Source: Acidimicrobiia bacterium
GTDB lineage: Bacteria > Actinomycetota > Acidimicrobiia > IMCC26256 > JAENVU01
Reading direction: 5' to 3'
Assembly (NCBI GenBank): GCA_031362155.1
Contig: JANLRZ010000109.1
Location: 3,641-67,640, forward strand
Length of the DNA stretch: 64,000 nucleotides
The notes below the pieces were generated by a model. The model was not told the DNA's origin, did no database searches, and was given only the letters and a program-made list of their open reading frames with translations. Of this stretch, positions 19,654-28,738 are shown one piece after another. Numbering within the stretch: the first letter of the stretch is position 1; every line of letters begins with the position of its first letter. The translations under genes were made by a program, and so were the position numbers.

Positions 19654-20337
19654 ATGATCGCGACGGTCGACATCGCTGATCTTGGTGTCCGGGGCACGCT
19701 CCGGGCGCTGCGCCAACGACCGCCAAGCTCGGCCGTCCCTGGTTTGCGATGGCTCGACACCGCAACCGCAGCTCCGCTCGCGAGCAAGCATCCTCCGGCG
19801 TTTCGGCGCGCGGTGATGATCGCGTTCTGGGACGACGAAGAGGCCGCGGCCGCCTTCGCGCGCGACCATCCGCTCGGACAACGCTTCGCCGAGAACGGCT
19901 TCCACGCCGTCCTCCGACCGTCACGCGCGTACGGCGCGTGGCCCGGTGTGCCCGACGATGTGCCCCGAGCGCGCGCGATCAGTCATGACGGTCCCGTTCT
20001 CGTCACGACGCTTGGGAAGTTGCGGATGAGCCAAGCCATTCGGTTCATGCGAGCAAGCCGTCCCGCCGAGCGTGCCGCGCTGGCCGCCGACGGATTTGTC
20101 TGGGGAACTGCGGCGACGCGTCCTGCCGGGCGACGTCCGCCGTTCATGGCCACGATCTCGTTGTGGAGTAGCGCGGAGGCCGCGGCCGCTTACGCATACG
20201 CGGATCCGGCTGGCGGCCACCCGCGTGCGGTGACCGAGCAGCGGGGCAAGGACTTCCATCACGAATCAGTGTTCATCCGTCACGCCCCGATCTCCATCAC
20301 GGGCTCGGTTCGGGGTATGCCCCCGATCAGCATGTGA
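19654..20337 (+). CDS. Hypothetical protein; possibly a tandem ABM-fold / CrtA-like (spheroidene monooxygenase-like) family member
   Basis: Strong G/C at third codon positions. GAGGGGG lies 5 nt upstream of the ATG at 19654. Two internally similar halves each end in a W..EEAAAAF / WSSAEAAAAY motif. The family call is from memory only. Confidence 0.4.
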   Translation: MIATVDIADLGVRGTLRALRQRPPSSAVPGLRWLDTATAAPLASKHPPAFRRAVMIAFWDDEEAAAAFARDHPLGQRFAENGFHAVLRPSRAYGAWPGVPDDVPRARAISHDGPVLVTTLGKLRMSQAIRFMRASRPAERAALAADGFVWGTAATRPAGRRPPFMATISLWSSAEAAAAYAYADPAGGHPRAVTEQRGKDFHHESVFIRHAPISITGSVRGMPPISM

Positions 20338-20396
20338 CGCGACCCGTGTCGCCACCCGGGCATCGGCGCACACTCCCAAACTTGTGAGCAGAACTG

Positions 20397-20469
20397 TGGA
20401 GCTGAGGGGACTCGAACCCCTGACCCCTTCCATGCCATGGAAGTGCTCTACCGCCTGAGCTACAGCCCC
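20397..20469 (-). tRNA. tRNA-Ala (anticodon GGC)
   Basis: The reverse complement is GGGGCTGTAGCTCAGGCGGTAGAGCACTTCCATGGCATGGAAGGGGTCAGGGGTTCGAGTCCCCTCAGCTCCA. It has a 7-bp acceptor stem with the G3:U70 Ala identity pair and anticodon loop AUGGCAU. The 3' CCA is not encoded. Confidence 0.93.
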
Positions 20470-20506
20470 CGAAGGGAGAGTTCAAGGTAGCAGCCGACCG
20501 TTCTGA

Positions 20507-20734
<228 letters not shown>

Positions 20735-20774
20735 AGACCGGTGACCTGCGGTCGTCCCGGTAGCCTCGCCGGCG

Positions 20775-23648
20775 ATGACCGACGACACCCCCCGCCACCG
20801 GTACGACGCACGCCTGGCCAACGAGATCGAAGCTCGGTGGCAGGATCGATGGGACGCGAACCACACGTTCTGGGCCCCCAATCCGGAAGGTCTGCTCTCC
20901 GAGGGTGCGGAGCAGATCGAGGGTCGCGAGCCGATGTTCGTGCTCGACATGTTCCCGTATCCCAGTGGCGCGGGGCTCCACGTCGGTCACCCACTCGGCT
21001 ACATCGGTACCGACGTGTTCGCCCGCTACCAGCGGATGAACGGCAAGAACGTCCTGCACGCCATGGGCTACGACGCGTTCGGCCTGCCGGCCGAGCAGTA
21101 CGCGGTGCAGACCGGCCAGCACCCACGAGTCACGACCGAGGCCAACATCGCGACGATGCGGCGTCAGCTGCGGGCGTTGGGTCTCGGCCACGATTCGCGG
21201 CGGGGCCCGGCCACCACCGATGTCAGCTACTACCGGTGGACCCAGTGGATCTTTCTGCAGATCTTCAACAGTTGGTACGACTACGACGAGGATCGTTCCC
21301 GCCCCATTGCCGAGTTGCTCCCACTACTCGCGGCCGATCCCGAGACCGGTTGGGACGAACTCACCGAGCCGGAGCGACGAGAACTCGTCGATTCCTGCCG
21401 GTTGGCGTACCTCACCGAGGCGCCCGTCAACTGGTGCCCCGCGCTGGGAACCGTCCTGGCCAACGAGGAAGTCACCGCCGACGGTCGGAGTGAGCGCGGC
21501 AACTTCCCGGTGTACCGGCGACCGCTGAAGCAGTGGATGCTGCGGATCACGGCCTACGCCGACCGGCTGCTCGAAGATCTGAACCTGCTCGACTGGACCG
21601 AGTCGATCAAGATCATGCAACGCAATTGGATCGGTCGCAGCACCGGTGCGACCGTCGACTTCGGTGTCGACGGTCGTGAGGAACTGATCTCGGTATTCAC
21701 CACGCGCCCCGACACGCTCTTCGGTGCGACGTACATGGTGCTCGCGCCCGAACATCCACTCGTCGACGGGCTGGTGCCGCCGGAGTGGCCGGGCGCGGAC
21801 ATCGGCGAGAACCTGAGCGTGATCCCCGCGGCGTGGAAGGGGATCTTCGGCACCGACGTCGGGCCGGCCGAGGCGGTGCGTAAGTACCGGGAGTTCGCCG
21901 CCCAGAAGAGCGAACTGGAACGCCAGGCCGAAGGCAAGGACAAGACGGGCGTGTTTACCGGCGCGTTCGCGGTGAACCCGGTCAACGATGCGCGCATTCC
22001 GATCTTCATCGCCGACTACGTGCTGATGGGCTACGGCACCGGTGCCATCATGGCGGTGCCCGGCCACGACGAGCGCGACTTCGAGTTCGCCCGTGAGTTC
22101 GACCTTCCGATCGAATGCGTGATCACGCCGCCCGACTCGTGGCTCACCGAGCACGAATGCGGCACGGACGCCGCCGAGTGGTCTGAAGCATTCACCGGTG
22201 ACGGCGTCGCGATGAGTTCGGCGAACGCGGAGATCTCCCTCGACGGTCTCGGGGTCACCGACGCGAAGGCCACCATCACCGACTGGCTCACCGACCAAGA
22301 TCTCGGCGAGGCGACGGTCAACACCAAGCTGCGCGACTGGTTGTTCAGTCGGCAGCGGTACTGGGGTGAGCCGTTCCCGATCGTCTACGACGAACTCGAC
22401 CTCCCGGTCGCGGTGCCCGACCATTTGCTCCCGGTGACCTTGCCCGAGATCATGGACTTCGAACCCGAGATCTCCGAAGCCGGCGATGCCAGCGTTCCCG
22501 CGCCGCCGCTCTCCCGCGCCGAGGGGTGGGGGACCGTCGAGCTCGACCTCGGCGCCGGGCCGAAGACCTATCGGCGCGAGCTGAACACGATGCCTCAGTG
22601 GGCGGGGTCGTGTTGGTACTACCTGCGGTACCTCGACCCGACCAACGAGGACCAGTTCGTCAGCCCCGAGGCCGAGCGGTATTGGATGGGCGACGGGCCG
22701 GGGGGCGTGGACCTCTACGTCGGCGGCGTCGAGCACGCGGTGCTCCACCTGCTCTACGCCCGGTTCTGGCACAAGGTCCTATTCGACCTGGGTCACGTGT
22801 CGACGCCCGAGCCGTTCCAACGCCTGTTCAACCAGGGGATGATTCAGGCCCCGGCCTACACGGACGACCGCGGGATCTACGTCGAGGCCAGTTCGGTCGT
22901 GGAGCGCGACGGTCAGTTCTATGCCGGCGACGAACGCGTGCACCAGGAGTTCGGCAAGATCGGCAAGAGCCTCAAGAACATGGTGACCCCCGATGACATC
23001 TTCCGGGACTACGGGGCCGACACGCTGCGGCTCTACGAGATGTCGACCGGCCCGTTGGATGCGTCTCGTCCCTGGAGTGAACGCGACATCGTCGGCGTCT
23101 ACCGGTTCCTGCAACGGCTCTGGCGCAACGTGGTCGACGAGGACACCGGCGAGTTGCGGATCTCCGAGTCCCCGGCGTCCGACGAATCCCGTCGCCTGCT
23201 GCATCGGACGATCCAAGGCGTGCGCGTCGACATGCCGACCATGGGGTTCAACACCGTTGTCGCGAAGTTGATCACCCTGAACAATCACCTGACCCAGGTG
23301 GCGGCCGCCGGCGGCGCGCCGCGCGAGGTTGTCGAACCGATGGTGTTGATGTTGGCGCCGCTCGCGCCGCACGTGGCCGAGGAGCTGTGGTCGCGGCTCG
23401 GTCATGCCGAGACGCTCACCTACGAGGACTTCCCGGTGGCCGATCCGGCGTGGCTCGTCGACGAGACGATCGAGGTGCCGATTCAGGTCAACGGCAAGGT
23501 GCGCGGCAAGGTCGTGGTTGGCGCCGATGCCGACGACGCCGCGATCGAGGCCGCGGCCCGCACCGAGGTGGGGCCGCTGCTCGACGGGGTCACCGTCCGC
23601 AAAGTGATCGTGGTCCCGGGTCGCTTGATCAACTTCGTCGTCGGCTGA
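20775..23648 (+). CDS. leuS: Leucyl-tRNA synthetase
   Basis: 957 aa. It has the class I HIGH-type motif ([12 protein letters not shown]) and the KMSKS-type motif (KIGKSLKN). Confidence 0.97.
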   Translation: MTDDTPRHRYDARLANEIEARWQDRWDANHTFWAPNPEGLLSEGAEQIEGREPMFVLDMFPYPSGAGLHVGHPLGYIGTDVFARYQRMNGKNVLHAMGYDAFGLPAEQYAVQTGQHPRVTTEANIATMRRQLRALGLGHDSRRGPATTDVSYYRWTQWIFLQIFNSWYDYDEDRSRPIAELLPLLAADPETGWDELTEPERRELVDSCRLAYLTEAPVNWCPALGTVLANEEVTADGRSERGNFPVYRRPLKQWMLRITAYADRLLEDLNLLDWTESIKIMQRNWIGRSTGATVDFGVDGREELISVFTTRPDTLFGATYMVLAPEHPLVDGLVPPEWPGADIGENLSVIPAAWKGIFGTDVGPAEAVRKYREFAAQKSELERQAEGKDKTGVFTGAFAVNPVNDARIPIFIADYVLMGYGTGAIMAVPGHDERDFEFAREFDLPIECVITPPDSWLTEHECGTDAAEWSEAFTGDGVAMSSANAEISLDGLGVTDAKATITDWLTDQDLGEATVNTKLRDWLFSRQRYWGEPFPIVYDELDLPVAVPDHLLPVTLPEIMDFEPEISEAGDASVPAPPLSRAEGWGTVELDLGAGPKTYRRELNTMPQWAGSCWYYLRYLDPTNEDQFVSPEAERYWMGDGPGGVDLYVGGVEHAVLHLLYARFWHKVLFDLGHVSTPEPFQRLFNQGMIQAPAYTDDRGIYVEASSVVERDGQFYAGDERVHQEFGKIGKSLKNMVTPDDIFRDYGADTLRLYEMSTGPLDASRPWSERDIVGVYRFLQRLWRNVVDEDTGELRISESPASDESRRLLHRTIQGVRVDMPTMGFNTVVAKLITLNNHLTQVAAAGGAPREVVEPMVLMLAPLAPHVAEELWSRLGHAETLTYEDFPVADPAWLVDETIEVPIQVNGKVRGKVVVGADADDAAIEAAARTEVGPLLDGVTVRKVIVVPGRLINFVVG

Positions 23649-23658
23649 CCGGGTTCGG

Positions 23659-24000
23659 GTGGTGGCGCGTCTCACGCCCGCGGCGCGAGCGGTGCTGACC
23701 CTCGTCCCCGCCGTCGATCAGGACCGGGTACGGGTCGTGGTCGTGCCGTTCCTCACGCCGGGCGTGGCGGCGATGACGCTGGGCCGGTTCGTATTGGTCC
23801 GTCGAGGCCAGGAACACAATCTCGGGTTGTTGGCCCACGAGCTGGTTCATGTCCAGCAATGGCGTGAACTCGGAGCGCCCCGTTTCCTGCGCCGGTACCT
23901 CGTCGACTACGTGCACGGTCGGCGGGTCGGCATGTCCCATTGGGCCGCCTACCGAGCGATCGGCCTCGAAGCCGAAGCCCGCGCCCGTTCTGGCTTCTAG
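23659..24000 (+). CDS. Stand-alone DUF4157-like protein with a HExxH motif
   Basis: 113 aa. It contains AMTLGRFVLV...LLAHELVHVQQW, the DUF4157 / zincin-like signature. Confidence 0.6.
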   Translation: MVARLTPAARAVLTLVPAVDQDRVRVVVVPFLTPGVAAMTLGRFVLVRRGQEHNLGLLAHELVHVQQWRELGAPRFLRRYLVDYVHGRRVGMSHWAAYRAIGLEAEARARSGF

Positions 24001-24115
24001 CGAACGGGGTTCGGAGTGCTCCGGGCACCGGTCGTCCCCACCGGGGTGGTTTGGTAGGGTACGCGGCCTTCCCCGGTGACTTCCTCCGTTGGCCCGTGCG
24101 CGCCCGGAGGCAGTT

Positions 24116-24820
24116 ATGCAACCCATCTCGTCCTATCCACCCCGTTCGCCGGTTCGGGGGTTCGGTTCGTGGTTCGAAACCCTTCGTGACCGGTTCGCCG
24201 ACCCCCGAATTCGGATCGGTGTCCTCCTCGCCATCGCCGGCATCGCCGGATACTTCTGGTACCAGGTGGGCCAGGACCAGGCGGCCGCTGCGCTCCCAGG
24301 CGCGCCCCGGGCGGCACCGACGAGGGCTCGGCGTGATGCACCCCGGGTGACGACGACCACGGTGCCGCCGGTACTCGTCCACGTTGCCGGTGCCGTCGTC
24401 CATCCCGGATTGGTCCGGGTCGCGACGGGCGCGCGGGTGGCCGACGCCATCGACGCGGCGGGTGGTGGTCTCCCCGACGCCGACCTCGACCGGCTGAACC
24501 TCGCGGCCAAAGTGGTGGATGGGCAGCGAATCCCGGTCGCGAAGGTCGGCGACCCCGCCGCAGCCGGTGGTGGCGACCCGACAGCAACGGGGGTCGCGGG
24601 CACCGAGACCGAGGGGAGCCCAGCCTCGGGTCCGATCAATCTCAACCTCGCGACCGCAGCCGAACTCGAGACGCTGCCGGGGATCGGGCCGAGCTTTGCT
24701 ACCGCAATCCTCCGCGAGCGAGAGCGGCGCGGCGGGTTTACGAGCATCGATCAACTGCGCGACGTGCGCGGGATCGGCGAGAAGCGGTTCGCGGACCTCA
24801 AACCCCTCGTGACGGTGTGA
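24116..24820 (+). CDS. comEA: ComEA-type DNA-binding competence protein (TM + SLBB-like + helix-hairpin-helix)
   Basis: GGAGG lies 5 nt upstream of the ATG at 24116. The C-terminus is INLNLATAAELETLPGIGPSFATAILRERERRGGFTSIDQLRDVRGIGEKRF. Confidence 0.88.
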   Translation: MQPISSYPPRSPVRGFGSWFETLRDRFADPRIRIGVLLAIAGIAGYFWYQVGQDQAAAALPGAPRAAPTRARRDAPRVTTTTVPPVLVHVAGAVVHPGLVRVATGARVADAIDAAGGGLPDADLDRLNLAAKVVDGQRIPVAKVGDPAAAGGGDPTATGVAGTETEGSPASGPINLNLATAAELETLPGIGPSFATAILRERERRGGFTSIDQLRDVRGIGEKRFADLKPLVTV

Positions 24821-26409
24821 AGGGGCCAGTCGCCCTGGTCGTCGCGCTCGCCAGCGGTGTGCTCGTCGGGGATCGGCTGGGCGCCGGATCCGCGTCCCTG
24901 CTGCTGCTCGGGGGGATGGCGGGCCTGGCCGTCGGCTTCCGGTGGCGCGGAACTGCAGTCGGCCTCACGGTCGCAACGCTTGCGATGGTGTGCATTGGGG
25001 TCGCGATCGAACAGCGAGCGATCCACGGTCTTGAGGAGTGGCCGATGGCAAGGGAGGTGGAGGCTCGCGGCGAAGGCCAGGCGGTCCTCACGCTGGCCGA
25101 AGATCCCGATGGACCCCGCTTCCAAACCGAAGCGGTCGCAACCATGACGTCGTTCCAGGGCCGCGACGCCGGCGATCGTCGAGTGCTGGCGATCGCGAGC
25201 GGCGAGGTCATGAGTGCGCTCGGCGTGCTCGACGCGGGGGACCGGCTCCGGGTGACGGGATCGTTGGCACCCCTGCACGGCTACTCGACACGCCTGCGGT
25301 GGCGGCATGTGGTGGCCGAGTTCCACGTCGACGACGTGATCGCGATCGCCCGACCCGACAGCCCGTGGTACCGCGTCGCGAATCACGCGCGGGAGATGGT
25401 GTTCGCCGGTAGTCGGGTGCTGCCATCGACTCCCCGCGCCCTGCTGGCAGGCTTCCTCCTTGGCGACACGCGCGCCATCCCCGACGATCTCGTCGTCGCG
25501 TTTCGCGATGCCGGTCTGAGCCACCTGCTTGCGGTGTCGGGCGCCAACGTTGCGTTTGCACTGGCGATTGCCGAGCCCGCGCTGCGGCGATTGCGCCGGG
25601 GTCCTCGGTGTGCCGTGGGGTTCGGTGTGATCCTGCTGTTCGGGACGATGACGCGCTGGGAGCCGTCGGTGTTGCGCGCCTCGGTGATGGCCGCGCTGGT
25701 CATGGTGGCGCGCGCCATCGGCCGACCGGCCGACGCGGCTCGCGTGTTGGTGCTCGCCGTCTTGGTGCTCCTGGCCGCGGATCCGTTCCTGGTGCATTCG
25801 GTCGGCTTCTTGTTGTCGTGCGGTGCGTGCGCAGGGATCGTCGTCGGTTCTCGGGCGATCACGGGCTGGCTGCGGGGCCCGGCGTGGTTCCGTGAGGCCC
25901 TCGGGGTCACGGCGGCCGCGCAGATCGGGGTCGCGCCGGTCATCCTCACGACCTTTGGCACTCTGCCGCTCGTCGCGCTGCCCGCGAATCTGCTGGCGGC
26001 GCCCTTCGTCGGCCCACTCACGGTCTGGGGGCTGATCGCCAGTGTGGTCGGATCGGTGCTGGGTCGGGGGGCGGCCCAGTGGCTCCAGTTGCCGACCCTG
26101 ACGATGTTGCGCGCGGTCGAGGCGATCGCTCGGGGCGCGGCGAGGGTCCCGCTCGCGGTCGATGGCATCACCAGTCTGATCGGCCTGGTCGTCGCGGTCG
26201 TCGGGTTCGGGCTGCACCGGACGCTCACCACGTCGGGAATCCGCCTACGCTGCGCACTTCGTCCCAGATGTTGGGCCAACGACTCGGGGGAATGTCGTGG
26301 GAACTCGTGCACCGTTCGTATCCGCACGCCGTGGGCGGGCGGCACTGGTCGCCGGTCTGGTCACCGCGACGGCGCTCTTCCTGAGCGCGGGAGCGGCCGC
26401 GGCCAATGA
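24817..26409 (+). CDS. comEC: ComEC/Rec2 family membrane channel protein (DUF4131 + competence domain; no metallo-beta-lactamase domain)
   Basis: GTGA overlap with comEA. It contains LSHLLAVSGANVAF and multiple TM helices. 530 aa. Confidence 0.85.
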   Translation: MKGPVALVVALASGVLVGDRLGAGSASLLLLGGMAGLAVGFRWRGTAVGLTVATLAMVCIGVAIEQRAIHGLEEWPMAREVEARGEGQAVLTLAEDPDGPRFQTEAVATMTSFQGRDAGDRRVLAIASGEVMSALGVLDAGDRLRVTGSLAPLHGYSTRLRWRHVVAEFHVDDVIAIARPDSPWYRVANHAREMVFAGSRVLPSTPRALLAGFLLGDTRAIPDDLVVAFRDAGLSHLLAVSGANVAFALAIAEPALRRLRRGPRCAVGFGVILLFGTMTRWEPSVLRASVMAALVMVARAIGRPADAARVLVLAVLVLLAADPFLVHSVGFLLSCGACAGIVVGSRAITGWLRGPAWFREALGVTAAAQIGVAPVILTTFGTLPLVALPANLLAAPFVGPLTVWGLIASVVGSVLGRGAAQWLQLPTLTMLRAVEAIARGAARVPLAVDGITSLIGLVVAVVGFGLHRTLTTSGIRLRCALRPRCWANDSGECRGNSCTVRIRTPWAGGTGRRSGHRDGALPERGSGRGQ

Positions 26410-27205
26410 AGACGACGGGCATGCCAAGTCGTCCCCGAAGTCGACGGCCAAGGCGACAGCCAAAGCGAAGGCCAAGGCCAAAGCCAAAGCCAAGGGCATG
26501 AAGAACATGGCCGGAATGGATCACGACATGGCCGACGACAAGGGGCTCTCGCTACTGAGCAACGGCCATCACGACATGATCGGCACGACCGAACACAAGC
26601 TGGACCCGACCGAACGGGCCGCCCTGTCGGCGCAGGTTGCGGCGACCATCGAAGTCGCCCGGAAGTACCCGACGGTGACCGAGGTACTCGCCGCGGGCTA
26701 TCAGCAGGTCGGGCCGTACATGCCCGGCATCGGCGCGCACTACATCAAGCTCGGTGGAAATGCCTTCAACCCCGACGGCATCATGGACCCCGCCGACCTC
26801 GCCGAGCCGCTGGCGATCATCTACGACGGGACCGAACCCACCTCGGTCGTTGCCGGGTTCATGTACTACTCGATGAGCAAAGACGAGCCGTCCGGCTTTG
26901 CCGGCGCGAACGACGTGTGGCACTACCACGAAGACCTCTGCCTCAAGTACACGCCGACGGGAATCCAGACACCGTACGGTCTCGACAAGTCGGCCACGAA
27001 GAAGGAGTGCGACGCGGCCGGCGCCAATCTGCTCAAGCAGTCGCAGTGGATGGTGCACGTGTGGTCGGTGCCCGGGTGGGAATCCCGTCAGGGTCTCTTC
27101 GGTGAAGTGAACCCGGCGCTCATGTGCCCAGACGGGACCTACTACCAGTACCCGAAGAAGGGGTGGCTCACCCACCCGAAGAACGTGTGCAAGAGCGCGG
27201 CCTGA
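26297..27205 (+). CDS. Secreted hypothetical protein (RR-containing signal peptide, Ala-Lys repeat, Met/His-rich stretch, 4 Cys)
   Basis: The N-terminus is VSARRGRAALVAGLVTATALFLSAGAAAA, followed by AKAKAKAKAKAK and MKNMAGMDHDM...HHDM. Its 5' end overlaps the comEC 3' end by 113 nt. Confidence 0.6.
   Translation: MGTRAPFVSARRGRAALVAGLVTATALFLSAGAAAANEDDGHAKSSPKSTAKATAKAKAKAKAKAKGMKNMAGMDHDMADDKGLSLLSNGHHDMIGTTEHKLDPTERAALSAQVAATIEVARKYPTVTEVLAAGYQQVGPYMPGIGAHYIKLGGNAFNPDGIMDPADLAEPLAIIYDGTEPTSVVAGFMYYSMSKDEPSGFAGANDVWHYHEDLCLKYTPTGIQTPYGLDKSATKKECDAAGANLLKQSQWMVHVWSVPGWESRQGLFGEVNPALMCPDGTYYQYPKKGWLTHPKNVCKSAA
26447..26494 (+). repeat. In-frame (GCN-AAR)n repeat encoding AKATAKAKAKAKAKAK
   Basis: Read directly, in frame with the CDS starting at 26297. 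Confidence 0.95.
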
Positions 27206-27234
27206 GCGGACGGAGCCCGGCCGAGCGCCACCGG

Positions 27235-27240
27235 TAGGCT
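27235..27240 (+). promoter_or_regulatory. -10-like TAGGCT hexamer 7 nt upstream of the holA GTG (candidate leaderless promoter)
   Basis: TANNNT at 27235-27240, a 7-nt spacer, then GTG at 27248. Confidence 0.3.
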
Positions 27241-27247
27241 CCGAACC

Positions 27248-28345
27248 GTGGGCGGCATCTACATCGTCAAGGGGAGCGATCCGGTCCTGCGCGATCGCGA
27301 GCTGTCGGTCCTGCTCAGTGACCTGGTCGGGACCGACGACCGATCATTGTGCGTCGAGGAGCACACCGTGCCGACCAAGGCCGGTGCCGTGAACGACGAC
27401 GATGACGCCCCGGACGAGGACACCGGAGGCGCGGCCCCAATCGTGACCGCGATCGTGAACGCGGCGCAGAGCCCACCCTTCATGACTGCGCGGCGCATCG
27501 TGGTGGTCAGGGACTACGAAGGACTCCCTGCGGCCGTCTGCCCGCCGGTCGTCGACGTGATCGGGGACCTGCTCGAGACCACCGACCTCGTGTTCGTTGC
27601 GGGTGGCGGCCGGGTCGCCAAGACGCTCGGCGATGCCCTGAAGCAGGCCAACATCCGCGGTGGTACGGCCGAGAAGATCGCCGATGTCCTCCAACGCGAG
27701 TTGGATCGGGCCAGGCTCACCATGAAGGCCGACGCCGCTCGCACTGTGATGGAGCACTTGGGGGAGGACGCCGGGCGCCTCGGAGGATTGGTGGATCTCC
27801 TGGCGTCGACCTACGGCGACAACTACCGCCTCGAACTCGATGACGTCACGCCGTACCTCAACGATTCGGGCGCGGTCCGGCCGTACGTGTTGAACAACCA
27901 CATCGAAGCCGGGGACGTCGCGAGTGCGCTGGAGGTGCTCGACCGACTGCTCACCGTCACGAGTCCGACCCAACCCAAGCCGATGCATCCGCTCCAGGTG
28001 CTCGGCATCCTGACGGGCCGTTATCGCAAGCTGGCGAAGCTGGATAGTGATGACGTGGTGACGGTCGACGACGCCCACCGGGTGTGGGGCGGGAAGGGCT
28101 CGACGTTCCCGGCGAAGAAGGGTCTCGAAGCGGCGCGTTCACTCGGCCCGACTGGCTTCGCGCAGGCATTCGACGTGCTGCACCGGGCCGACGTTCAGCT
28201 CAAGGGCGCGACCGGATTACCGGAAGGAACCACCTTGGAAATTGCCGTGGCGCGCCTGGCCAATCTTCACCGTGGTGGAAGTGGCCGGGGAGCGGGGAGT
28301 CGGGGAGCGGGAAATCGGCGACCGGCGGACCGGTCGCGGTCTTAG
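27248..28345 (+). CDS. holA: DNA polymerase III delta subunit
   Basis: It occupies the conserved comEC-holA-rpsT position. It is 365 aa, with N-terminal IYIVKGSDPVLRDRE typical of delta subunits. Confidence 0.75.
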   Translation: MGGIYIVKGSDPVLRDRELSVLLSDLVGTDDRSLCVEEHTVPTKAGAVNDDDDAPDEDTGGAAPIVTAIVNAAQSPPFMTARRIVVVRDYEGLPAAVCPPVVDVIGDLLETTDLVFVAGGGRVAKTLGDALKQANIRGGTAEKIADVLQRELDRARLTMKADAARTVMEHLGEDAGRLGGLVDLLASTYGDNYRLELDDVTPYLNDSGAVRPYVLNNHIEAGDVASALEVLDRLLTVTSPTQPKPMHPLQVLGILTGRYRKLAKLDSDDVVTVDDAHRVWGGKGSTFPAKKGLEAARSLGPTGFAQAFDVLHRADVQLKGATGLPEGTTLEIAVARLANLHRGGSGRGAGSRGAGNRRPADRSRS

Positions 28346-28608
28346 CTCTCCTGGGCGCGGTTCGCGGCCTTCATCAGGCGCGAGGTACGGCGAGCGGCCG
28401 CGTTCTTGTGGAGCACATTCTTGGTCGACGCCTTGCTGAGCTTCTTCTGCGCCCGGGTGACCACCTCGGTCATGTTCTCGTCGCCGGTGCTGATGGCGGT
28501 CCGAGCCTGCTTGACCCGCGTTTTCAGCTCGGAACGGACCGCGACATTGCGCACACGGCGCTTCTCGTTCTGACGGTTCCGCTTCTTCTGACTCGCAATA
28601 TTTGCCAC
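28342..28608 (-). CDS. rpsT: 30S ribosomal protein S20
   Basis: Starts MANIASQKKRNRQNEKRRVRNVAVRSELKT; 88 aa. Its stop codon overlaps the holA stop codon (cTTAG). Confidence 0.96.
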   Translation of the reverse strand: MANIASQKKRNRQNEKRRVRNVAVRSELKTRVKQARTAISTGDENMTEVVTRAQKKLSKASTKNVLHKNAAARRTSRLMKAANRAQES

Positions 28609-28738
28609 GGTGCGAAAAATCTCCCAAAGACGTTCGAAGAACCCGGGAAGAGTAGCAGTCGACCCCGATCACGGCCGGTAACGGGCGATCGGACCGATGG
28701 ATCGGGGCTCCGGCGGGTTCACGGGGGAGAATAGGAGC

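Noticed and set aside
12700-20469. Possible genomic island integrated at the 3' end of tRNA-Ala(GGC). The accessory block runs from rsfS to the tRNA.
   Set aside because: The block contains no integrase, recombinase or transposase. I could find no direct repeat of the tRNA 3' end near 12.7 kb, and there is no obvious compositional break. It fits better as a set of small lineage-specific insertions.
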